From Vicinamibacterales bacterium (GTDB lineage Bacteria; Acidobacteriota; Vicinamibacteria; Vicinamibacterales; 2-12-FULL-66-21): a stretch of DNA of 64,000 nucleotides. Below, one piece after another: positions 50,810 to 59,291 of the stretch. The notes beneath the pieces are model-generated. The model ran no database searches and was not told where the DNA came from. It saw only the letters and a program-made list of their open reading frames with translations. Made by a program: the position numbers and the translations under genes. The stretch is taken from the NCBI GenBank assembly GCA_048594975.1, contig JBMDXQ010000067.1, positions 67,374 to 131,373 of the forward strand, given 5' to 3'. The first letter of the stretch is position 1. The number at the start of each line of letters is the position of its first letter.

Positions 50810-51457
50810 TCACTTCCAGCCATCGACGTAGCCCCAGATGCGCTCGACGGCGGCGACGTAGCGGGCGAGCAGCGCCGAGGGCTCCGCGATCGTGTTCACC
50901 GAGGACAGCTCCTGCACGAGGCTGCGGTCGTCCTCGGCGACCGCCGCGGGGGCGAGACGCTCCAGGTTGCGCAGCAGCGCCCTGTACGCGGGGGTGGATC
51001 CGGCGATGAGCCGCGCGAGGTCGTCGGCGCGTCCCTGCGTCTCGAGAAACCCTTCGCGCAGGTGAATGAGGTGGCTCTTCGCCTGTGCCTCGACGGCGCG
51101 CCGCAGATCCGCGTCCCGCACGGCGCAGCCGGGGAACGGGCTGGTGCCAGCGACGACGACGTGATCGTCGATGATGGCGCCGTACTCGATCGGGAACACG
51201 TCGAGCGTCCGCAGGAACTCGTACCGCGACAGGATCAGCGGCGTTGCCAGCCCATCGCGGTGCCAGTCGCCGGTGAGCGGGATGCACGCCGCCAGATCGG
51301 CAAAGGTGAGTTCGCCGACCAGCGCGAGCGAGTGGAGCGGCCGGTCGGCGCCGTAGGCGACCACCGACTCCAGGCGGCCGCCGAAGACGCGCCGCAGATC
51401 GGCCGCAAGACGATCAAGCGCGGCCCGCTCGGTCGAGTTCAAGGCCAGCGAAGCCAT
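50810..51457 (-). CDS. hypothetical protein, degenerate nucleotidyltransferase-like N-terminus + helical C-terminal domain
   Basis: 215 aa. The stretch LDRLAADLRRVFGGRLESVVAYGADRPL resembles the minimal-NTase strand-helix context but lacks the G[SG] and DxD signature. This is a weak call. Confidence 0.4.
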   Translation of the reverse strand: MASLALNSTERAALDRLAADLRRVFGGRLESVVAYGADRPLHSLALVGELTFADLAACIPLTGDWHRDGLATPLILSRYEFLRTLDVFPIEYGAIIDDHVVVAGTSPFPGCAVRDADLRRAVEAQAKSHLIHLREGFLETQGRADDLARLIAGSTPAYRALLRNLERLAPAAVAEDDRSLVQELSSVNTIAEPSALLARYVAAVERIWGYVDGWK

Positions 51458-51594
51458 CCCACAATTATCGCCTGTCCCGCGGCGCGTGCGACGGCCGGTC
51501 CGCCGCGAGCACGCGACGAGCGGTCCACACGAGCCCGATGGGAGGGGGCGCGCACGGGTTGCGGGAGTTGTGGCCTAATAGAGGGTCGTTTCAG

Positions 51595-52557
51595 ATGCAA
51601 CTGCGCACACTGAACATCGGCTGCTTCGGCGGCGGCACCGGGCTGCCCAGCCTGCTGGGAGGGCTGAAGTCGAACCCCTGGCTGCAGCTGAACGCCGTGG
51701 TGACGATGTTCGACAGCGGCGGTAGCTCCGGTCAGCTGCGCGACGAGCTCGGCGTCCTGCCGCCGGGCGACGTCCTGCGCTGCGCGCTGGCCCTGGCCCG
51801 CAACGAACGCGAGGCGCGCCGGGTGCTGCTCTCGCGGCTGCCGACGCTGGAGCACCGGCGGCTCGGCGGCCACACCGGCGGCAACCTGCTGCTGTCGATG
51901 ATGGAGCGCTACAGCGGCGATTTCCTCGCCGCCGTCGAAGGCCTGCGCGCGCTCCTCGGGTGTGCCGGCCGCGTCTGGCCGGTGAGCGTCCAGCAGGCCA
52001 GCCTGTGCGCCGAATACGGCGACGGCACGAGCACGCGCGGCGAAGTGGAGGTCGATGCCGGGCAGAGCGCCGGCAACGTGATCACGCGCCTGTGGCTCGA
52101 GCCCGACGTGCAGCTGCACGAGGCGGCGGCCGCGGCCATCCCGCGGTTCGAGGCGGCGGTCATCGGTCCGGGCAGCTTCTACACCAGCCTGATGCCGATC
52201 TTCCTGGTCCGCGGCGCGGTCGAGGCGGTGCGGCAGGTCAAGGGGCCGCTGGTGCTCGTCACCAACCTGCTGACCGAGGGGCGCGGGATGTGGCACTTCA
52301 CCGCCGCCGAGGAGGTCCGTCAGATCGGGCGGACGATCGGACGGCCGATCGACGTTGCCATCGTCAACACCGCCCGGCCTCCGGAGGCGACTCTCGCCAG
52401 GTACGCCGAGGAACACAAGCTGCCGCTCGCGATCGGCGATCTCCCGCCCCACTGCGAGGTGGTCACCGGCGAGTTCTGGTGCGGCGACATCGCCCGCCAC
52501 GACCGGCGTCGTCTCGCGCAGGCCGTGTGGGCGGTGTTGGCGAAGCGGTTGCTTTAG
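51595..52557 (+). CDS. YvcK/CofD-family (UPF0052, gluconeogenesis-factor-like) protein
   Basis: Contains IGCFGGGTGLPSLLGGLK, VTMFDSGGSSGQLRDELGVLPPGD and IGPGSFYTSLMPIFLV. GAGGG lies upstream of ATG 51595. Confidence 0.85.
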   Translation: MQLRTLNIGCFGGGTGLPSLLGGLKSNPWLQLNAVVTMFDSGGSSGQLRDELGVLPPGDVLRCALALARNEREARRVLLSRLPTLEHRRLGGHTGGNLLLSMMERYSGDFLAAVEGLRALLGCAGRVWPVSVQQASLCAEYGDGTSTRGEVEVDAGQSAGNVITRLWLEPDVQLHEAAAAAIPRFEAAVIGPGSFYTSLMPIFLVRGAVEAVRQVKGPLVLVTNLLTEGRGMWHFTAAEEVRQIGRTIGRPIDVAIVNTARPPEATLARYAEEHKLPLAIGDLPPHCEVVTGEFWCGDIARHDRRRLAQAVWAVLAKRLL

Positions 52558-52607
52558 CCGCGTGCCTAACGTAGCCACGTGCTTCACGTGCAACGTGCCA
52601 CGTGCGG
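52558..52607. repeat. CACGTGC-type 7-9-nt tandem repeats
   Basis: The run is CCGCGTGC CTAACGTAG CCACGTGC TTCACGTGC AACGTGC CACGTGC GG. It lies between the yvcK-like stop and the DUF4920 start. Confidence 0.75.
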
Positions 52608-52633
52608 CGACCTCCGGTCCGGCCGCCTGTGAC

Positions 52634-53095
52634 ATGATTGGACAATCCTGGAGGTTCGTGACGAACGCATCGATCATGGCGCTCGTACTGGCGCTCGCGG
52701 TTCCGGCGGGCGCGGAGGAGAAGACGCTCGGCGCGGGCGTCACGTTGAAGGAGGCGACGCCGATCGCGTCACTGGTGAACGAGCCGGCCCAGTTCGCCGG
52801 TAAGAAGGTACGGATCGATGGCGTGGCAACCGCTGTCTGCCAGGAAAAGGGCTGCTGGATCGCGATCGCGGCCGACGAGACTGCCGGGGCGCCGACAGTG
52901 CGCGTGAAAGTAGAAGACGGCGTGATCGTCTTTCCGGCGAGCGCCAGGGGCAGACGTGTCTCGGCCGAGGGGGTCTTCGAGGCGATCGCGGCCGGCGATG
53001 CGCACGGGAAGCATGCCGGCGAGCAGAGCGCCAAGACGGATCTCAGGGCATCGGCGAAGTACCAGCTGAAAGGCACCGGCGCGATCATCCGCTGA
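52634..53095 (+). CDS. DUF4920-like secreted protein
   Basis: Signal peptide ...MALVLALAVPAGAEE. Contains VRIDGVATAVCQEKGCWIAIA (the CxxxGCW motif I associate with DUF4920). 153 aa. Confidence 0.6.
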   Translation: MIGQSWRFVTNASIMALVLALAVPAGAEEKTLGAGVTLKEATPIASLVNEPAQFAGKKVRIDGVATAVCQEKGCWIAIAADETAGAPTVRVKVEDGVIVFPASARGRRVSAEGVFEAIAAGDAHGKHAGEQSAKTDLRASAKYQLKGTGAIIR

Positions 53096-53119
53096 CTATC
53101 GGAACGCTCGACTTCTCGT

Positions 53120-53159
53120 GGAACCGGACAGCAGACGCTCGTTCAGCGTGTCCGGTTCC
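53120..53159 (+). terminator. strong hairpin after the DUF4920 gene (no T-tract)
   Basis: The stem GGAACCGGACA (53120-53130) / TGTCCGGTTCC (53149-53159) is a perfect 11 bp with an 18-nt loop. It lies 28 nt upstream of the uup ATG, so it could equally be a leader structure. Confidence 0.3.
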
Positions 53160-53186
53160 GCGAGAGGTTGACCGTCCCGGTCTTCC

Positions 53187-55139
53187 ATGCCCCACCTCAC
53201 CCTCTCCTCGGTCTCGATGGCGTTTGGCCACCTGCCGCTCTTCGAGGAGGCCAGCCTCCAGGTCGACGCAGGGGAGCGCATCGCGCTGATCGGGCGCAAC
53301 GGTTCCGGGAAGTCGACCCTGCTGCGGGTGATCGCGGGAGAGCTGTCCCCGGACGGCGGCGCGATCTGGCGCAGCCCCGGGCTGCGGGTTTCGCGACTCG
53401 ACCAGGACGTCCCCGCGGCGGCCGACCGGTCGGTGTTCGACGAGATCGCCGATGGCCTGGGTGACGTCGGCACGCTCGTCGCCGCGTATCACCGTGCGGC
53501 CATGGAGGTCGCCGCCGACGGCTCCGGCATCGGACGGCTCGCCGAGCTGCAGCACCGGCTCGAAGAGCGTGACGGCTGGCGCCTCGAGCAGAAGGTGGAG
53601 ATGGTGGTCTCCCGGCTGGCGCTGCCGGCCGACCGTCCGTTGCGCGAGCTCTCCGGCGGCTGGCGGCGCCGGACGATGCTCGGGAAGGCGCTGGTGTCGG
53701 CACCTGACCTGCTGCTGCTGGACGAGCCCACCAACCACCTGGACATCGACGCGATCCGCTGGCTCGAGGAGTACCTGCGCTCGCATCCCGGCGCGCTGCT
53801 GTTCGTCACGCACGACCGCGCGTTCCTGTCGGCGCTTGCCACGCGGATCGTGGAGCTGGACCGCGGAACGCTGTCCTCGTGGCCGGGGACGTACGAGGAG
53901 TATCTGCGCAGAAAGGCAGACGCCACCGAGGCGGAGGCGCGCGAGCTGGCGCGCCTCGACCGAAGACTCGCGCAGGAGGAGGCGTGGGTGCGCCGCGGCG
54001 TCAAGGCACGGCGCACGCGCAACGAGGGCCGCGTGAAAGCGCTGCAGGCGCTGCGCGCCGAGCGCGCGGCGTACCGGACGCAAAGCGGCGCGGCGCGGAT
54101 GGCCATCGACGCCGCCGACCCGTCAGGACGCGTGGTGTTCGAGGCCGAGCACGTCACCAAGCGCTACGGGGTCACGCCGGTCGTGCTGGACTACTCGCAG
54201 CGCATCCTGCGCGGCGATCGCGTCGGCCTCGTCGGGCCGAACGGTGCCGGCAAGACTACCGTGTTGCGCCTCCTCGTCGGCGAGATCGCGCCCGACGAGG
54301 GTGTAATCAGGCGCGGCGCGGGGCTGCAGATCGCCTACTTCGATCAGCAGCGGGAGCAGCTCGATCCCGACCGCAGCGTCGCGGCATCGGTGAGTGACGG
54401 CGATACGGTCGTGGTCAACGGCCGGGCGCGGCACGTCATCGGTTACCTGGCGGATTTCCTCTTCCCACGTGAGCGCGCGCTCTCGCCGGTCCGCTCGCTC
54501 TCGGGCGGGGAGCGCAACCGCCTGATGCTCGCACGGCTGTTCGCGAAGCCGGCCAACGTGCTGGTGAGGGACGAGCCCACCAACGACCTCGACATCGACA
54601 CGCTCGAGCTGCTCGAGGAGCTCGTCGCCCAGTTCGACGGCACCGTCCTGCTCGTCAGCCACGACCGCGTCTTCCTCGACAACATCGTGACCAGTACGCT
54701 CGCCTTCGGGGGCAACGGTCGGGTGGCCGAGTACGTCGGCGGGTACGAGGACTACCTGCGGCAGAGCCGCCCCGGAGCCGGGAGCCGGGATGCGGCGCAC
54801 GCGAAGCCGAGTCCCGCGACGCCCGCGCCGGAGCAGCGCGTGCGGCCCGACCGGGGCGGGAGCGAGCGGGGGTCGAGACCCACGAGCGGCGAGAACAGCG
54901 GACAGCAGGCCGGCAAGAAGAAGCTGTCCTACAAGGAGCAGCGCGAGCTGGCGTCGCTGCCCGGAGACATCGAGGCGCTCGAGGCCGAGCAGCAGAGGCT
55001 CAGGGCCGAAGCGGGGTCGCCGGGGTTCTACATGGAAACGCCGGTGCACATTCACGCCGTGCTCGCCCGGCTCGAAGCCGTCGCCGCCGAGATCGATGCC
55101 GCGCTCGGCCGCTGGATGGAACTGGAAGAACTCCGATAG
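53187..55139 (+). CDS. uup: ABC-F family ATPase Uup
   Basis: Has two ABC cassettes ([11 protein letters not shown] / LSGGWRRR; [11 protein letters not shown] / LSGGERNR). The C-terminal domain reads [29 protein letters not shown], typical of Uup. 650 aa. Confidence 0.9.
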   Translation: MPHLTLSSVSMAFGHLPLFEEASLQVDAGERIALIGRNGSGKSTLLRVIAGELSPDGGAIWRSPGLRVSRLDQDVPAAADRSVFDEIADGLGDVGTLVAAYHRAAMEVAADGSGIGRLAELQHRLEERDGWRLEQKVEMVVSRLALPADRPLRELSGGWRRRTMLGKALVSAPDLLLLDEPTNHLDIDAIRWLEEYLRSHPGALLFVTHDRAFLSALATRIVELDRGTLSSWPGTYEEYLRRKADATEAEARELARLDRRLAQEEAWVRRGVKARRTRNEGRVKALQALRAERAAYRTQSGAARMAIDAADPSGRVVFEAEHVTKRYGVTPVVLDYSQRILRGDRVGLVGPNGAGKTTVLRLLVGEIAPDEGVIRRGAGLQIAYFDQQREQLDPDRSVAASVSDGDTVVVNGRARHVIGYLADFLFPRERALSPVRSLSGGERNRLMLARLFAKPANVLVRDEPTNDLDIDTLELLEELVAQFDGTVLLVSHDRVFLDNIVTSTLAFGGNGRVAEYVGGYEDYLRQSRPGAGSRDAAHAKPSPATPAPEQRVRPDRGGSERGSRPTSGENSGQQAGKKKLSYKEQRELASLPGDIEALEAEQQRLRAEAGSPGFYMETPVHIHAVLARLEAVAAEIDAALGRWMELEELR

Positions 55140-55228
55140 GGCCCAGGGGCAACGCCATTCCTGTCAAAGGCCGACGCGGGCCAACTACCGAGCGTCCGAC
55201 TCGCAACTGCGAACCGACCGGGGCGTAA

Positions 55229-56164
55229 CTACTTCGTGTCCGGGAGCTTGAACCGGGGACTCGACAGGTCTCCAACGTAGCGGATGTGGCGGACGGCGGC
55301 GCGCAACACGTACACGCGAAGGTTGTTGCCGGCCGGGTCGTTCGGCGTGACGAAGAAACCAGGGTCGTGCGGACGGAAGCCGAGCGTCGCGCCGAGCAGC
55401 ACCTCGCCGTCCAGGAACGTGACCTCGAGCCGGCGTCCGTGTTGGGGACCGACGAACCAGCGGCGCTCCACGTACTCGGAGTTCCCATCGAAGTCCCGGA
55501 CGAAGAAGATCGCCTTCAGCTGCTCCACCGGAACGAAGATCGGCGGCCCGACCACACCCCCGACGAACGAGGAGAGGTGGAAGTGGCCACGCGAGGGGTG
55601 GAAGTCCTGGCTGAAGCCCTTCACCACGCCGCCGTCGATGTAGCGGACGACCAGTTTGTTCCAGCCAGCCTGCTCCAGCAGCCCGGTGACCGTCGCCTGG
55701 TGCTCCTTGGCCGCCGCCTCGGTTGGGCTCCCGGCGTTGGGGAACCGGATGGGACGGTCGAACGGACCGGCCCCGCGAAACACCAGGCCGCGATCGATAC
55801 GCGCCACCTCGCAGCGCAGGACGCTCAGGCTGACCGTCTCTTCGAGGGTCGGCCCGACCAGGGTCAGCGATACGCGCGAACCCGGCCGCAACGCCCAGCG
55901 CGTTTCGATCAGCGCGCCCGTGGCCGACAGATCGACGAGCGAGGCGCCGGTTTCGGAGTTCAGGCGGATCGCTTTGAGCCAGGCGAGGTCCTCTGCGGAA
56001 TACCGCTCGTGCATGCGGCGGTTCCGCTTGGCTGCTTCCGCGCGTGCGGCGCGATGCAGTATGGCCGGCGGGACGGATGACAGCTCGATCACGGTCTTGT
56101 CCTGGTCGAACGCGCGCTGCGTCACGGACGATCGTGAGGAGAGCAACGTCGGTGCCACCGACAT
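55229..56164 (-). CDS. PilZ-domain protein with duplicated uncharacterised C-terminal module
   Basis: The PilZ motifs are intact: RRMHER (RxxxR) and DLSATGALIE (DxSxxG). The C-terminal 170 aa contains two similar ~60-aa modules. ATG 56164 is chosen inside the longer track ORF. Confidence 0.7.
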   Translation of the reverse strand: MSVAPTLLSSRSSVTQRAFDQDKTVIELSSVPPAILHRAARAEAAKRNRRMHERYSAEDLAWLKAIRLNSETGASLVDLSATGALIETRWALRPGSRVSLTLVGPTLEETVSLSVLRCEVARIDRGLVFRGAGPFDRPIRFPNAGSPTEAAAKEHQATVTGLLEQAGWNKLVVRYIDGGVVKGFSQDFHPSRGHFHLSSFVGGVVGPPIFVPVEQLKAIFFVRDFDGNSEYVERRWFVGPQHGRRLEVTFLDGEVLLGATLGFRPHDPGFFVTPNDPAGNNLRVYVLRAAVRHIRYVGDLSSPRFKLPDTK

Positions 56165-56326
56165 CGTCTCACCGCATCCGTATTCACGAAGGAAAAGGAG
56201 CGTCGGAACCGCGCGGTCCAGGATTGCTTCAGCGCGCGCCCCGTTTTGGGACACGTGTATCGGGAAACGTGATCGGCTGCATACAAGAATGTGTGGAGCG
56301 AACGGTGTCGAACGGCTACTCGCAAG

Positions 56327-56418
56327 GACCAACCACCACGTGTCGACGGCACCAACCGCCAACCGCACCAGGAACCAACGTCCGACGACCAGCGTCAGGG
56401 ACCAACCGGGCGTCGGAC
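56327..56418. repeat. CCAACCG-type heptamer-like repeats plus 8-bp-stem hairpin
   Basis: The repeat run is GACCAACCACCA ... CACCAACCGCCAACCGCACCAGGAACCAACG ... GACCAACCGGG. The hairpin is GTCCGACG (56380-56387) / CGTCGGAC (56411-56418). It lies downstream of the acyl-CoA synthetase stop. Confidence 0.6.
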
Positions 56419-56445
56419 GATGGACGGTGGAAGGTGCGCGTTCGC

Positions 56446-58716
56446 CTACCTGGCCGTAGGCAGCTGGGCGTTGGGCGCTGAGTCGAACACGTCGACCCAG
56501 CGTTCCATCTCGGCGCGCATCGTGTGCGCGAAGCGATCTTCGACGAAGACGTTCAGCAGACGCAGCGCGCGGTCGGCGGCGCGGAACGTAGGAATCCCGG
56601 CGCGCTGCAGCTCGCGCACGAGCGGGTCGTAGAGCGGCCCGGCGTCGACCACGGCGACCCATGGTTTGGAGCACTCGGCGCGGACGCGTGCGAGCCGGCG
56701 CGCGATCGAGCCGTCACGCAGCAGGTCCTCGCCGTGCTGCGGCGATGCCGGCAGGGTGTTGAGCGCCGGCGTGGCGGGCACGCACCCGACGATGCCCACG
56801 TCCACGTGCTCGTCCTCGAGGATCCGCCGCACCGCCGCCTCGTACCCCGCATCGTCGGTGATCGGCGTGAGATCCAGCGGGTTGTGCACGTCGACGACGG
56901 TCGAGAGGCGCGACATCTCGAGCAGCGTCGAGAGCCGCGCGCGCGTTTCATCGGTCAGCGCCGCCAGCTCGAGCTCCCCGAGGTTGTCGGCGATCGCCAC
57001 GCACTCGTACCCGGCGTTCGAGACCGCCCCGAGCCGCCGGCCGTAGACCGGGCGCGACTGCAGCAGCGTGAAGAGCGCGATCAGATCGGTGAAGTCGTCG
57101 AGCGTCTCGGCGACGATGGCGCCGGCGGTGCGGGCGAGCTCGCGCGTGACCGTATAGTCGCCCGCGACCGACGCGGTGTGGCTCGCGGTGGCCTGGGCGC
57201 CCGCCGCCGTGCGCCCCGCGCGGTAGAGCACGACCGTCGAACCGCCCGCCGTGATCCGCCGGATCGCGTCGAGCGTAGCCGCGCCGTCGAGCGTCCGGAA
57301 ACCTTCCACGTAGACGCCGAACACCCGCAACTCGGGATCGTCCTCGAGGTACGCGAGGTAATCGGCGATCGTCAGGTCCATCTGGTTGCCGACGGTAATG
57401 CAGTAACGCGGCCGGATCGCCGCCAGGCGCGTCATCCGCGACGCGGCGAACGCGCCGCTCTGCGCGACGATTGCCAGCGGCGACGGCGCGCCGCCCGCCG
57501 TCCCCAGCTTGTAGTCCGGCAGGAACATCGTGTCGTAGCGCCCGGGGTGTGACTGGATCCCGAGGCAGTTGCCGCCGTTGACCACCGGCCCCTGCCACTC
57601 GCTGCGGCGGGACTGCATGAGCGCGCGGTGCATGTCGCCCACCAGGGCATCGGTGCCCGCCTTCTCCTCGAGACCGCCCGGGATCACGATGACGCTTTCC
57701 GCCTTGCGGTGCTCGATCGCCTCGATCAGCGCCTCCGGGACGTGGACCGCGGGAATGCTGAGCACCAGGAGATCCACCGGCGCCGGCAGCGCCGCAATCG
57801 ACGGCACGGCCTGGCACCCTTCGATCTCCGCCGTGGACGGCTTGATGACGAAAATCGACCCGCGCTCGAAGCCCTCGCGCAGGAGGTTGTTGAGGATGAC
57901 GTGACCCGGGTTCAGGCTCGTCGAAACGCCCGCCACCGCGATGGTGCGCGGCATGAGGAGATGGCGGAGCTTGTGCGACGGACGCGGCGGCGCGACGTGC
58001 AGCGGGTCGTACCCGACGATCGCGAGCACGTCCAGCGCCACGAGCTCGCCCTGGTGCACCACGAGCGGGTTCACCTCGATCGCGCGCAGCCCTTCCGGCC
58101 GGCACTCCGCGGCCAGCGTGCACAGGCGCGCTACCGCCTCCCGCAGCCGCGTCACCGTCGTGCGCGCGGGCTGGTTGCGGAGCCGGCCGGTCGCGAGCGG
58201 CGTGAAGAGCAGGCGCGCGATCGCGGCCTCGATCGCGCTGGCGCTGGTGCGGCCCGGCGAGAACACCGCGACGTCGCGCCCCGGCCGGACGCCGCCGGCG
58301 AGGAACTCCGTGGCCACGCCGCCGGCGCCGATCGACACGACCGGACCGAACTGGTCGGTCCAGCGCAGTCCCAGCAGCCACTCGCCGCCGGGCGAGGGAT
58401 CGTAGGGGATGAACTCCGCGATCGAGAAGCCGTCCACCGCGTGTGCGGCCAGCCGGGTGGTCATCGCCGCGATCGCCGCGGCGACCGCATCGCGCGTGCT
58501 CTCCACGACCGCGACGCCGCCGACGTCGGTCTTGTGCGGGATCTCGGCCGAGACGACCTTGACGACGAGGCGGGCGGTGCCGAGCACCGCCAGGTCGAGC
58601 AGCTCGGCTTCCGCCGCGGTCGCGGCGAACAGCCGCCGCGGGCAGCGGAGGCCGGTCTTCTCGATCAGCTGAAAGGCTTCCGGTTCGAGCAGGGTGGTCA
58701 ACGGGGTCTCAGGCAC
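56446..58716 (-). CDS. ADP-forming acyl-CoA synthetase (acetate--CoA ligase family), fused ATP-grasp + CoA-binding/ligase domains
   Basis: The N-terminal ATP-grasp reads LVVKVVSAEIPHKTDVGGVAVV. The CoA-binding region reads RTIAVAGVSTSLNPGHVILNNLL. The ligase domain carries the phosphohistidine context GAQATASHTASVAG. The GTG at 58716 overlaps the iorB end by 19 nt. The upstream part of the 963-aa track ORF is rejected. Confidence 0.8.
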   Translation of the reverse strand: MPETPLTTLLEPEAFQLIEKTGLRCPRRLFAATAAEAELLDLAVLGTARLVVKVVSAEIPHKTDVGGVAVVESTRDAVAAAIAAMTTRLAAHAVDGFSIAEFIPYDPSPGGEWLLGLRWTDQFGPVVSIGAGGVATEFLAGGVRPGRDVAVFSPGRTSASAIEAAIARLLFTPLATGRLRNQPARTTVTRLREAVARLCTLAAECRPEGLRAIEVNPLVVHQGELVALDVLAIVGYDPLHVAPPRPSHKLRHLLMPRTIAVAGVSTSLNPGHVILNNLLREGFERGSIFVIKPSTAEIEGCQAVPSIAALPAPVDLLVLSIPAVHVPEALIEAIEHRKAESVIVIPGGLEEKAGTDALVGDMHRALMQSRRSEWQGPVVNGGNCLGIQSHPGRYDTMFLPDYKLGTAGGAPSPLAIVAQSGAFAASRMTRLAAIRPRYCITVGNQMDLTIADYLAYLEDDPELRVFGVYVEGFRTLDGAATLDAIRRITAGGSTVVLYRAGRTAAGAQATASHTASVAGDYTVTRELARTAGAIVAETLDDFTDLIALFTLLQSRPVYGRRLGAVSNAGYECVAIADNLGELELAALTDETRARLSTLLEMSRLSTVVDVHNPLDLTPITDDAGYEAAVRRILEDEHVDVGIVGCVPATPALNTLPASPQHGEDLLRDGSIARRLARVRAECSKPWVAVVDAGPLYDPLVRELQRAGIPTFRAADRALRLLNVFVEDRFAHTMRAEMERWVDVFDSAPNAQLPTAR

Positions 58717-59291
58717 GATGCCTCCACGTGGTCGTGGCCGGCGCGAAACGCCGCCAGGTTCTTCTGGACGACCGCCGGTCCCTTGCGGGCGAAGCGTTGC
58801 TCGATGCAGCGCTCCAGCGCGGCCGCGGGCAGCGGCAGCCAGCGCGCCGCGGCGCCGGCCATCACCATGTGGGTGGCCTGCGCCAGGCCGGCGCGCTTCG
58901 CCAGCGCCGTGGCGTCGACGAGGAACGCGTGCGGCAGGGATCGAATCGACGCGAGCAGTTCCTCGAGGGGCGGGTAGTCGTCCACGTTGGCCACCGGCAG
59001 GGTGGCGGTTACGACCGTGCCGCCGGGTGCGAGGTATTCGAGGTAGCGAAGGCTCTCGAGCGGCTCGAGGCTCAGGATCATCGACGCGGCGCCGAGCGCT
59101 ACGAGGTCGCTGGCAATCGGCGCGCTGGCGAGCCGCAGGTGTGCCGTGACCGCACCGCCGCGTTGCGCCATGCCGTGCACCTCGGACTGCTTGACGAACA
59201 GCCCGGACTCGAGCGCGCCGGCCGCGATGATCCCGGACAGGGACAGCACGCCCTGGCCGCCGACCCCCGCGAGCACGATGTCGAACTTCAT
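58698..59291 (-). CDS. iorB: indolepyruvate:ferredoxin oxidoreductase subunit beta
   Basis: Starts MKFDIVLAGVGGQGVLSLSGIIAAGALESGLFVKQSEVHGMAQRGGAV, the typical IorB/2-oxoacid oxidoreductase gamma-type N-terminus. The ATGA overlaps the iorA stop. Confidence 0.8.
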   Translation of the reverse strand: MKFDIVLAGVGGQGVLSLSGIIAAGALESGLFVKQSEVHGMAQRGGAVTAHLRLASAPIASDLVALGAASMILSLEPLESLRYLEYLAPGGTVVTATLPVANVDDYPPLEELLASIRSLPHAFLVDATALAKRAGLAQATHMVMAGAAARWLPLPAAALERCIEQRFARKGPAVVQKNLAAFRAGHDHVEASCLRPR

